From NCBI RefSeq assembly GCF_009914755.1, contig NC_060943.1: a stretch of DNA of 64,000 nucleotides; one strand, 5' to 3'. Positions 33,557 through 55,190 of this stretch are shown here, in pieces (position 1 is the stretch's first letter; each line of letters begins with the position of its first letter). The notes beneath the pieces were generated by a model. It saw only the letters and a program-made list of their open reading frames with translations. It was not told the DNA's origin and ran no database searches. The position numbers and the translations under genes were made by a program. The DNA is from the human T2T-CHM13v2.0 reference genome, Homo sapiens.

Positions 33557-33829
33557 AGCCAGGCGTGATGGCTCACACCTGTAATCCCAGCACTTCAGTA
33601 GGCCAAGGCAGGAGGATTGCTTGAGGCCAGGAGTTCTAAGCCTGGGCAAATAGCAAGACCACCAAATTTTTAAAAAATTAGCTGGACATGGTGGCATGTG
33701 CCTGTTCCAGCTATTTGGGAGGCTGAGCAGGAGGATCACTTGAGTCCAGGAGTGGGTTATGGTCGCACCACTGCACTCCAGCCCGGGTAACAAGGGAAGA
33801 CTGTCTCTAAATTAAAAAAAAAAAAAAAA
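33557..33829 (+). mobile_element. AluJ, followed by an antisense Alu fragment at ~33980..34132
   Basis: AluJ diagnostics ggaggattgcttgaggccagg; poly-A tail. Confidence 0.88.
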
Positions 33830-36721
33830 GTAATCAATTTCCCTCTTGTGGTGGCATCTCACTCCCACATACACCCTAAATCTGCCCCTTCCTCTCCACC
33901 TGTTTTGCCTTCAGCCTAGACCTAGCCCCATCATTCTTACCTGGACAGCTGCTCCTTCTTTTTAACTATTATGGTTATTTTTAGAGACAGAGTCTCATGC
34001 TGTCACTCAGGCTGGAGCACAGTGGTGCAATCACGGCTCATTGCTAGCTCAATCTCCTGGGCTCAAGCAATCCTCCCACCTCGGCCTCCCAAGTAACTGG
34101 GACCACAGGCACGAACCACTGTGCCTGGCCAGCTCCTTTCTTTCTCCTGGACTCCCGCCAGCCACTCTTGCCCTGCCACACACCCACAACCTGCTTAAAA
34201 TCTGCAAATGGCTTCTGATTTCACAGGGATAAAATCCTTACTATTTGCAGAGGCCTAAGAGGCCTTTAGTGATGCATCTCCCTTCATTTTTGCCGCTCCT
34301 GCCCCATGTCAGATGCTGGGGGTGCCTCACCCCTTCCACCTGTCCTTTGCTGAGGGGCAGTGCCCTGCTCCACGCTCCACCCTGTGGCCTAGAACTGCAC
34401 CTGTCACAGAGTGGGTGCCAAATGAAGGAATAAATGCATGAATGCATGAATGAATGAACATGGTTTGGAAACAATTTGAGCAGTCTGAACTTCTGTTTAT
34501 CAGTAAAGACAAGTATTTTTGAATCCCTATAGACCTCATTTAAAAATTTAGCTTGGGTACAAGGATGGTGCGGAGAAACGGGAAAGTTGGCATTATTTTA
34601 CAGTTTATTTAATTCTCTCCTCCTGCTGGCACTAATTTAATTCATCTCCATAGCTAACGGAAGGACGGAACTGAAATATTAACCTCAAAGGCGGTGCGGA
34701 AGCAGATAATGGGGCTGTGCCTGCAAGCACAGAGTAGAAAGATAAAAGAGAGGGACGGCTGCTTCCAGGGGAGAATTATGCGGGGAGAGAAGTATAGAAG
34801 CCTTTTTTCTAATGGTTCATTTCCTTTCTCTTTAGTCCAAAGTGATAAAAGCAAATAAATTTGTGTTTAGAATCACAGACATAGTACAGGACCATTATAA
34901 AAAGACATCTTCCCAGTGAAACTTTGTCAGAAGTTCTTAATGTCAAAAGCGTGCAAAGTGGATTAAAATATCACAGGCAAGCAGCAGAGATTGTCAAAAT
35001 GACAGAAGATTATTAAACCTGTATATTTATCCCTTCATTTTCATCTCCACATGAGACCCCAGCGTGGTGCTGTTTCTGTGTGAAGCCCTCGGCCACGTGG
35101 CCAGCTGAATGTGGGCGGGGACCCGCCTGGGCAGAGCCCAAGATGCCGTCCCAGCTCCCCGGCCTCTGGCTTGAACAGAGTCCAATCTAAGAGTCAGAAT
35201 ACACAGAGAAAGTGGCCCTTCTGCCTGGCTGACATTTAGCTGTCATTCCTTCCCTCCTGAGGGAACTCGTGGGCAGTGACAGCAGAAAACACTGCAGGGA
35301 GAAGGAGCGGGAGTGCAGGGCCAGCTGTGAGATTGGCATGGGGTGACTCCTTCTGTCTGCAGGGTCCCTGGGGAAAGAAGAGCAGGTGGGCGCCTCGAGG
35401 CTCCTTTCTCTCTGGGTGAGTTCTAGCAGCTACCACCGATGGGGAGTATCCTCTGTGCCTGGCTGTGTACCTGGGCTTTGGACGCATTCTCTCATTTATC
35501 CTCATCACAGCCCCTGAGGAGGGGGCTGTTGTCCTCCCCATTTGACAGATGAGAAAACCATGGATTAGAGGCCAAGAACTTGGCCAGGGTCTGCAGCTGA
35601 CACCTGATGGCGCTAGGTTACAGCCCAGCTCTGCCCGATTCCAAAACAAAGCAATCCCTCCGTGGTGCCCCCTCTAAGGCAGCTCCAGGGGTAAAAAGCA
35701 TGTAGTCACTGTGGACGCATAGATAGGGATACAGAAAGCTCTTCAGGACAGCATGTCCAGGGCACAGGCAGCTGCAGAGCAGTGGCTCCAGGCTGGAAGA
35801 GCTCAATACGTCTGCATTGGCTTATAACAGCTCTGGAAAGGTGCTCGGTGGGAACAGGTGGGCCAGCAGTTGGGAGCTGGGGGATGGAGGCAGGAAGGGA
35901 AGCGAGACCTTCATTTCACTGTTGACCCTATTGTGCTGTTTGAATTTGTCTTTCTGTGTGCATGGATTTGAAAACACATATGGTAAAACAACATGAAAAG
36001 TAGCTTGGCTAGATGGAAAAAGAAGCCTGGGAGTTCGCCTCCTCACCTGACCTCTCCCTATTGCACACACACCTTGCTTCCATCTGCCAGGCTGGGGTTG
36101 CCCAGGCCCCTGCCTCATTTCTGAGCCAGGATCTCCTCAGGGCTCTTTCCCTCTTCACTCGACTGCCTGCTCTCCTCTCCCTTTCAGCACAAGTCTTGCT
36201 CCTCTTCAGCCTCAGCTCTATTTCTGCCTCCTCCAGGCAGTCTTTCCTGACTACCCAAAGCCCTCTGTCCTCTCTCAAGATGGTGCCCAGCAAAGAAAAC
36301 TTTCCTGTCCATAGCCCAGACTCACAGCCTCACTGGTATGGTTTGGATCTGTGTCCCCATCTAAATCTGATGTTCACTTGTGATCCCCAGAGTTGGAGGT
36401 GGGGCCTGGTGGGAGGTGATTAGATCATGAGGGTGGTTTCTAATGGATTAGCACCATCCCCCTAGTGCTGCTCTCATGATAGAGTTCTCACGAGATCTGG
36501 TCATTTAAAAGTGTAGCTCCTTTCCCCTCTCTCTCTCCCTCCTGCTCTGGCCAGGTAAGACGTGCCTGCTTCCCTTTTACCTTCAGCTGTGCGCCATGAT
36601 TGAAAGCTTCCCAACGCCTCCCAAGAAGCCGTCACACTTCTTATACAGCCTGTGGAACTCTGAGTCAGTTAAACATCTCTTCTTTATTAATTGCTTGTCT
36701 CAGATGTTTTTTCTTCCTGTT

Positions 36722-43040
<6,319 letters not shown>

Positions 43041-43354
43041 ATCAGATATTTCTTGATAGCAATGCAAGAACAGACTAATACACTCACCATCCTTGGGTCA
43101 GCTCATAAGGGCAGGCCACGTTCTATCCTTCCTTCATCCCCTCCTCAGTTAATTGGGAAGTTCAGAAGAAACATCTGTGTTAAGGTTAACTGAGCACCTG
43201 CTACCCACAGAACTGAATACGCTGAGCTCGCTGTGAAGCTAAGGGCTGGGCCTGGGGCTGCGGGCTATTCAGGTTAGGCAAAGGGAGGAGGACGGGAAGG
43301 GCCATTTTGAGGGCTGGCTCTCTGTTTAGCAAGGGTGACCTAAGTAGAGTCAGC

Positions 43355-43670
43355 GCAGGGAGATCCAGGTTTGCAAGGCATGAATCTTATACAATCTGGG
43401 GATCCAGTTTAAGAAAAAGAGTATAATATTATAAATACTAAATTTTGTATGAAAATGAATTTCTATTATGAGAACATAAATCACAACAAATATTAGAGGC
43501 TTAGACATTCAGGCCCCTTTTCAGATTTCTTTAGGCAATTTGCCAGAAATACTTTTGCAGACACATTTTATGATAGCGCCCTGGCCCTCCTCCCCACCCA
43601 AAGCTCTGCTGAAGTCCCAAGCTGCCAGCAGATGAGAGGGTCTGATGCTTCATTAACTTCATAATCAATT
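43355..43670. mobile_element. Probable hAT-Tip100-type DNA transposon remnant
   Basis: caggggagatccaggttt...atcttatacaatctgggg...tttaagaaaaaga resembles the terminus of that group; family uncertain. Confidence 0.4.
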
Positions 43671-44093
43671 CATCTCTTTGGAGAAGATCCACCATGCCAG
43701 GCTGCCTTCGTGAAGAATGAAAATGACAAATCAACAGAAACCAGCTGTGATCCAGTGAACCCAGCTCCTATGATCCCACCCAGTGCCCTCCTGGCCCTGG
43801 GAGGGGCAGAGCAGCTCACAGCAAGCCTCAGCCTTGAAAAGCAGGGTTAGAATCCTTGGCACCCAGGCCAGGGCCTGGTGCATAGGAGAGACTCAGCAAA
43901 AGGTATGTGAATGGGTAGATGATAGAGAGTAGCTATAGGGAGAAACCAGCTGCCAGGGCTTTACAGGAGAGGGGGCTCAGAGCCTGATGGCTCTACGTGT
44001 GCATTTAATCAAACATTTAAGAAGAAATAATGCCAACTGTACACCTCTATGCTCACTCTTCTAGAAAACAGAAGAGTAGAAATGGCACTCTGA

Positions 44094-44443
<350 letters not shown>

Positions 44444-44519
44444 GGTATCACATATTTCTGATACCAAAGCCAGACAGAGAAACTTCAGGGAAAGACCAAT
44501 ATTACTCATTAAATAACTA

Positions 44520-45420
<901 letters not shown>

Positions 45421-48400
45421 AAAAACACACAGTTTCAAACTCTACTCCTAAATATTTTGATTTAATATTTAATGTCTGGGTAGATAAAGCCTAGGTATTT
45501 TTTATAATGCTCCCCTGGTGCTTCTGGGGTAAGACCCAGGTTGGTGAAGGAATTGGACATAACTTTTGAAAAGGTCAATGGAGTCAGGTCACTTCTCTGC
45601 TCAAATCTTCACAAACACATCCCATTTCCATCTTTGCAGGTTCGTCTCAGAATACTCTGTGTCTCTCTCACTGTGACTCTGCCACCTGGACTCTCACCCA
45701 TTCCTTTATTGTCCCCAGTGGTTCTGCTGGTTCAGGCTGCACGTTGCCCTTTGGCCTGCGATGCTCTTCCCTGCACAGGGCCGCATGATTTCTGACATTC
45801 ATGGCACCTTCCTCAGCAAGGCCTCCCCTGACCTCTCCATCTGTGGTCACCCTCCATCCCCAGGCTCTCTCTTCATTTCTTTGTTTCATTTTCTTCACAG
45901 TGCTTATTGCTTTGTAAAATAATCTAGCTGTTTCATTACTTGTGATTCACCCTCTCCGTAGTTTATAAGCTCAATGAGAGCAGGAGCTTTGTCTGTCTTG
46001 TTCTCTGCAGTATCTTGTCCCCCAAATGGTGCACAGTAAGTGCTTAAGAAAATCCAGCTGGATAAATAAGCTCACAGAGTTGTTGTGAGGTAGTGAAACT
46101 GAAAGATTCACCATTGACCACTGAAGAAAAATTACAGAAAAGGTTGAATAAATCTTAGAACGTGACTACAAGCAGTGAAGGAAATGCAGTGCTTCATTTT
46201 CTTCTTTCACTTTCTGATATTTTCCTAAATCCTTGCAAAGAGCAAAAATTGTCATGAACTCCTATGAGTACATCTGTCCAGCCAATCAGCCACCATCCGC
46301 CTCTCCAGAAACCACCATACGGATTCACAGGGAGGAGTCCCTCCAAGGCAGCCCTTTTATACCCCATCCTCCCTGGACACAGCTAACTGGAGAAGCAGCA
46401 GACACCTTGCCCTTCCTGGGCAAATCAGATCCTCTGCAGGTGGCTAGCTAAGGTGGGAAGTTAGCTGGCTCCTCCTAGTGGAGGGAGAAGGGGCTAAGAA
46501 AGTGGAATGTCTTGCACCAGTGGGAGGGGAGCAGGGCAAATGCAGAAAGCAGCAGGCTAGACCACAGGGCTCTCCTGTTCCAAGGCCTGCTTAGCTCAAA
46601 CACGTCCTCACCTTAGAATTCCCTCTCCTAGAAACCATCCATTCTGTTTTGTTTTGTTTTGTTTTGTTTGTTATCTTTTTTGCTTGGGCTCACTTGAGTG
46701 CTTCTATTAGTTGATACAAGAAGAATTGTAACTAATCAAACCTCCATTACTGTAATAATAAGAAAAATAGTGCTATAAGAATTCAATTTACATACAAACA
46801 TTTTTAATATGAGTACGTATTTACAACCGGAACATAAAGAGAGGTCCCCTTGTAGTTTCTATTGTGCCATTCTTGACTTGCAGGTTCTCTCTCCCCTAGT
46901 CCAGGATGCCCTTGGAAATGTCTGATTTCCAAACCAAAGCCAGGGCTGTGGGAATGCTGATGGCGATGTGGGTGACTGGGTCCCAGGTTGTCTCAGCCTT
47001 GCGTGGGAGCAGCCGTCCCTGAAGACACCAGTGCCCCATGCCTGCTCAGCACTAATTTGAGCTGTGACACCATTTTCCAAGCTGTCACCACCTCCAGCAA
47101 CAACAGAACCTCTCTGGGGGGAGCAGGGAGGGTTGGTATTCAATTTCCCTCCTCTGCTTCTCAAGAGTTGAGTTCCCAAGTTCAAAGACATCTATCATGG
47201 TGAGTGATGGATTGTATTTCAGAGCAGGTTGGCAGCAGGAGGGAATTGGATTTAGAAACAACCATCTGGCTTTTGCAACTGTGTGCCCTTTGGCCTGCTC
47301 AGCGTCAAGCCTGCTGTCACACAATCTGAGTAGCCCTGGGAGCAGACCCGACCCTCGTGTCCAGCCCAGACAGGTCTCTGTGCTGGAGAAGTAGACAGCA
47401 CTCAGGAAGCTAGTGAGGACCCCATGGGGCTGCTCATGGAGGGAGTTGGGGCTGAGCACAGAGATCTTTTTGAGAGCCAACTATATGCTGGGCACTGGGG
47501 AGACAGACTGAAGAAGACAAAATGCCTGCCCACCAGCAACACTCATTCATTCATTCATTCAAAATCATTTAGTTTTTGTGTGTGTGTGTGCCTACTAGGC
47601 CCAGGCATTGGCAAGTTTGCTTCCCACTGGACAATGGGCAGCTCTTTGTCTCTGAAATCGCACTGTTGGGGCTCAGATGCCAACTCCATTGCCTTGTTTG
47701 TTGTGCAACACAGGCAAGTGGTGCTGATTGGCGGTTGAACATCAGCACCTTCCCTCTCTACAGCACTGTGTCCCCCCCTGCTGGTTGGGAGTAATAATAA
47801 CACCCATCTATCTATGGTCTCTGAAACAGTGTCGACAGGGCACCTGTGAGTAGTAAATGTTCACTAATATTAGCTGGTAATACTTTTTAAATTTGCTTAT
47901 TAGTTTTTGTTTTTGCTGTTACCACTTTTATTGTGTCCATGCATTCTTTACTCAGACACAATTCTTTGACCACCTTTTTAACTGACTTATCAATTGGTGT
48001 GATATCCTTACACCATCCATTTTAGTAGCCACAGCAATGGCAGATTTTAATGCAATAACTCACACTAATAAGGGGTGTCCCTCTTCGCATGTAATCTCCC
48101 TTGGGTCCCCATAAGCTGGGGCTCTGGGTGGTTCCAGAGTCTCACAAATGCAACATCTCAATGCCATCTGTGTGGTCAGCAGCTTGACACTCCGGCTGCA
48201 TTTTCCATTCTGTGAGCAGATTGGGAGGCAGCCAAGGTGAGTATCAGCTTTTAGGATACCTGGGGAGAGACTGTGTCTCCTCACTGCTTAGCAAAGAGTG
48301 GAAGAACAACCAATCAGTAGGCAGTAGGCCATGACAGCACTTGCAGCTGACAAGCAGTGTCACTCTCTGTCATGTTTTCAAAAACTCTTTAGGGGTAGCA

Positions 48401-48422
48401 AGCTCTAGAAGACACCAGGTTA

Positions 48423-49163
<741 letters not shown>

Positions 49164-50005
49164 TTATTTATCCTTTACCCTCAAGGGACTCTCATCTGGG
49201 TAGTAAAAGAATAAAATCGTTTGATAAAACAGTATAAAAAGATGTTTAAACCCTAGTGGTGTGTAGTTGTGTGTGTACATTAGTGTGTGTCTAACAGAGG
49301 CCAAGAATGAGACACCAGCCAATGACATCATCCACACTGAATACAGAAATCACCACATTAGCTAACATTTATGGAGTGTTTATTGTGTTCCAGACACTGT
49401 ACTAAGTACTTCTATGTGCATTACCTCATTTAATTATCACAACATAATAATGTATGTAAAACACTTAATACCTGGTGCTGAGAAGGTGCTGAATATGAAA
49501 CTGTCACCATTACTATTATTAATTATTACTGTTTAGATTATCATCCCCAGTTTCCCGATGAGGAAATTGAGGCTCAGGGATGCAAAATGGCCTTCCCTTG
49601 TTTTTTAATTGCAAAACGATCTCAAACTTGGTGTGTGTGAATGTGTGTACGTGCACAAATCTAAGGATAGAAAGAATGGAAAGTGACCTTTCTCCTGCAC
49701 CTTTCTAGCACTGAGAATGTAGTAGCCACTGCCATTCATTCACTCACTAAGTCCTATTTCGTTTTCTTAGCTGACAGATCAGGACACAGGAGGATGGAAT
49801 ATAACTCAAATAACTTTTCCAGAGTCACGGAGTGAGACAGGCGTGGAGTTAAATTCTTCCAAGGTGGGTGAGCATGAACCCAAAGTTCTCCTCCACTCAG
49901 ACAATTCATCCTGTAAGACTCAAGATGCTCAACTGCAGAGTGGTCATGACATGACTCCTGCATGCTCAAAGCCACAGGAGGGCCAGAAGAAGCTATGCAT
50001 GTGGA

Positions 50006-50169
50006 CACCTCAGTGGGAAATCCTGTCCACTGCGTAAGCACCCAAGAAACAGTTGGGTCTCCTCTTTTAGTGTGAAAGTGCAGCATCTGTTCACACTGTG
50101 GGGTGAGCAGTCCACAGAGCAGAGCCCACGGTTCTGCAATCCGGGGCTCTGCCCCGTGCCCCTCTCTGG
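50006..50169 (+). repeat. Copy 1 of a ~160-bp dispersed direct repeat (partner 53417..53580)
   Basis: Manual alignment gives about 85% identity. Confidence 0.9.
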
Positions 50170-53100
50170 ACACACTTTGGCAAGGACATGGTTCCAGTCC
50201 ACTGCTCTGTGCCCAGAGGATATCTCAAGCCCCACAATCACCCAGGAAAATGGCTTTAGTTCCAGAACCAGAGAGAAAAGGGAGGCTTCCTGGGGAAAGA
50301 CAAGGACAGCTAGAGGTTCATTTCTGCCCTTGGTTCTCCTTTCTGCACGTCATGTGTAATCCTGTCTCTAAATACCTCCCTGGCTCAGCTGGGCATTCTC
50401 ATGCCAACTGGGATGAAGAGCAGCTGGTTCAGGCTGTGATTGGTTCCTGGGACCTCTTCTTCCCCTACTGCCAAGGCTGCAGTTGCCACCAAATGATGGT
50501 TTCCCCTCCCTCTGACACTGCCTGGAGCCCAGCTGACTTCACACTTCACTCCTCCCTCCTGCTCACCAGTGATAAGAATAGCAACCACAGCATCACCCCA
50601 AACCCCTCCAGGGTGAAGGAAGGGGCAGCTGTCACCTTAAGTGTCAACTCCAGGTCCTTGTGAGCTATAGAATCAGGTTTGAGAAACACCCTTTGGTTGG
50701 GGAAGTAAGCACCAGACACCCCCTGCTGGCTGAAAGTGGAATTCAGGTTCGTGGTCCCGCTGCAGCCTGGGAGAGCTCCCTAATCTTCATGGACATCATT
50801 ATCCCCATTTTCCAGATGAGGAAACAGACAAAGAATTTGCCCAAGGCACCACTGCTAGTCAATGATGCCCTCCAGGCTAATCCCATTCCAAATCTCCTTT
50901 TTCTTTCCGAGGGACTGCCTAAATATCTAGATGTTCCACACCCAACCTTTCAACTCTCCCTTCCTATGCCTTTTGATTCAGTAAATGCACCGTTTGTATT
51001 CCCTTGGAAATTCCACTCTGGAAGGAGAATCTTTTGACAGAGGCGTGCTGCATCCTGAGACGCTGAGCCGATGCAATCACTCATTATCTCATTGATGCAG
51101 GGCAGAAGGTCCCCTCCCTTCCAGCAGGCCACAGAGGAATTCCTCGGAGGATGCAGATGCTGCATGTCTTGACTTCCAAGCCAGGGAATTTCTGCCTTTG
51201 TGCCTGCACCTGTATTAATTAATCATTCTTCTAACACTGGCTGTGTCTACATGCATTATTCTAAAAGACAATTCTATTCTTAAAAATAAGCTAATTTAAG
51301 CCAGTGATCTGCTGCTTTTTCTTTTTTCTTTTTTTTTTTTTTTTTGCTAAATTTTGGTTTTAAAATAAAATCAATCTTAAGAATAGAGAATTCAATAAGG
51401 CAAAATTCTTGAAAGAAGCTTATCATTTATTCATTTATGTAGCATGTATGTGACAAGACCAGGCTAGCAATGTAGGGAGTGGATCAAATAGAACTGACAG
51501 CAAAGGCCCCCAGTCTAATATGCGGAAGAAAGAAAAGACAAGCTCACTGCAGAATGCAGAGAAACACATCACACAGGCAAATAAAATGTTCCTTGTTCCC
51601 ATTTTCACCCCTTAACAGCAAAAAAAATAAATATGCATTCATCTTACAGGGCATAAAAGAGAGGTCTGTTCAATTGTCAAATCTAGAGAAACTTGGTGGT
51701 GGAGGCAGAATTCATGCCTATGAGTTTACCATCAATTGCTGAGATTATTAGAACAACACGGACATGCTTGGGAGTGGAGAGGGGACTGAGATTAGCATCA
51801 CCAGGGAAGTGCAACGGTGGGTGGGTTCCTTCTTGTAGGGGAGTGAGCAGGTGTTAATTGTCATTGCTTGTGCAATGGCATGGATAAGGTTAGGCTAGCA
51901 TTTGGCATCCACTATCTGTAAAGAAAGGGTTTTTTAATAGTCCTCACATGTCTACAGGGTGTGACAGATTTAAATTAGATAAGAGATAAATTGTTTTCAG
52001 GGACAAATTAAACAAAGCAGTTAATGATATTACAAATCACTCTCAGCTGTCATTGAAGCAGTCTTCTGATGTTGTCCATGAGGCCCAGTTCTGTCCATCT
52101 GCAAGCTGCTGTGGGGCCCTGAGCACAGACCTTGCAGCTAGACCATGTGGGCCTTTCCCAGGCTCTGCGCTTCCCAGGCTGTGAGCCTGTGATCACCTCA
52201 CCTCACATCCCGGAACCTCAGCGCTGCATCTGTGAAATGGGGCTAGCTCCCCCATCTCCTCAGATTGAGGTCAACAATGTGATGTCATAAAAAGTGTTCG
52301 CTAAACACGGTCACCACTATTTAAAAAACAATCACGCAAGCTTGGGGTGGATGTGATTTGTCTGTGCAAAGGGTCGACAGTGGTGGCGTGCAATGATCGC
52401 CTCACATTACCGAGTAAGGTGGCTCTGCCACCATCATTCTTGTTGACTTCTGGGGGAGGGATGGAGTCCCAAAGAAAAGAAAAGAAGGTCCCAGGGCCTC
52501 TGGGAAAGACCACATTACATGGTGTGGGTTGTGTTCCTGAATGTGTCCATACTGGAATGTGGGTCTCTGGAGGACGGATGTTCCCAGTTTCTCTCTGCAC
52601 CACTCCCACCCCACTCCTAACGCTTCTCCTTGACTGGAAGGAAACATGGCCTCCTCTCTCCTCGGGGTTCATCTCCTATGGGGGCTTCCTTCCTCCTGGA
52701 GCCTGGAGAGAGATGCGGGGGGCAAGGGTTGCTCCCACTTTTGAGCAAGTCCTGAATTTTATCTCCCACCTTGGCCTGCGTGCAAAGGACAGGGTACCTC
52801 TCATCTTAGTGTTCTGCCTCCTGGATGTGCGTTGGACATTCCAGGCTGTCTCTCTGTCCACATTCATGTAAGGCCCCAACACACAGCTGCTTATTCTGCA
52901 GGGTGACTCCTGATCAAGGCCAGACTCAGCACCACTCTCCAGATTGTGCACTGTCTGGGGCAGGGCCCTCCGTGTCGCCTTTCTGAGCCCCTAACAGATC
53001 TCGTTCAAAGCCGGACCCATAATCAATGCTCAGAGAAAGTGTTGAACAGACACATGCCCCAAAGAGTCTGAGCTTCTTCACTTAAAGTTTCCTGGGCTCT

Positions 53101-53416
53101 GCCTCCATCCTCAGAAATGACCCATCCATTTCAAAAAGAGGCTCTCCAATGTCAATACTGCACCTCCCCAGGATCCAAATCCATTTCCCTGCTCCTCCAG
53201 CACAGCACAATTAATAAACGTCCCACTGGCTTGCCATTCCAGGTTGGGAGCTCACAGCATCCCTTGAAACCATGCTGGCAGAGAATTTGTCACCGTCAAC
53301 TCGCTGCTCCTCCCGTGGTGCCACACCCCAGATGACACAGAGCATGGCCTATGCCTGTCAGCAGACCCTCCACTGCTGCTGTTGCCAGCCCCCAGGTCTC
53401 ATCCTCCTTCCAGGGT

Positions 53417-53580
53417 CACCTTTGGAAATGCTGCCCACTGAGTAAGTGCCCAAGAAACAATCAGGTCTCCTGTTTTAGTGTGAAAATGCAGGTCTGTTCA
53501 CACCCTGGGGTGAGCAGTTCACAAAGCAGAGCCCATGGTTCTGCAATCCAGGGCTGGCTGTGCCCTGCATCCCTCTCTGG
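53417..53580 (+). repeat. Copy 2 of the ~160-bp dispersed direct repeat
   Basis: Shares cccaagaaaca...ttttagtgtgaaa...ggggtgagcag...ggttctgcaatcc...ccctctctgg with copy 1. Confidence 0.9.
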
Positions 53581-54019
53581 GTTGTGAGGTTGTGTGGGCT
53601 GTGGATCCATATCACATGCCAAATACTCTTCCTGGTGAGAGGGATGCAGAGATCAGCAGACACACGCCAAGACACCAATAAACTGGCAGCCACCTACAAT
53701 CCAGAGCATGTCAGCTGGTGACAAGGGCTGAGAAGAACACCCAGAGTGGCTGCGTGGCCAGGGCGGCATCCTGAAGAGGAGATTGCCAAGCAGTGCTGGA
53801 ATTGTATGAGTAAGTCAGCCAGGGACAGTCTGAAGAGTGTGAGCCAAGTAAAGGGAACAGCACACGCAAAGGCCCTGTAGCAGGAATGTGGTTGGCTTGG
53901 TCTGGAGGCAGAGGAAGCTGAGTGACAAGAGTGGAGTGACAAGGGGGAAGAGAGAGGCAGAGGCTAGAACAGGTAGGGCCTGTGAGCCATGGGATGAGCT
54001 TCTCTAAAATTCAGCCCCC

Positions 54020-55190
<1,171 letters not shown>

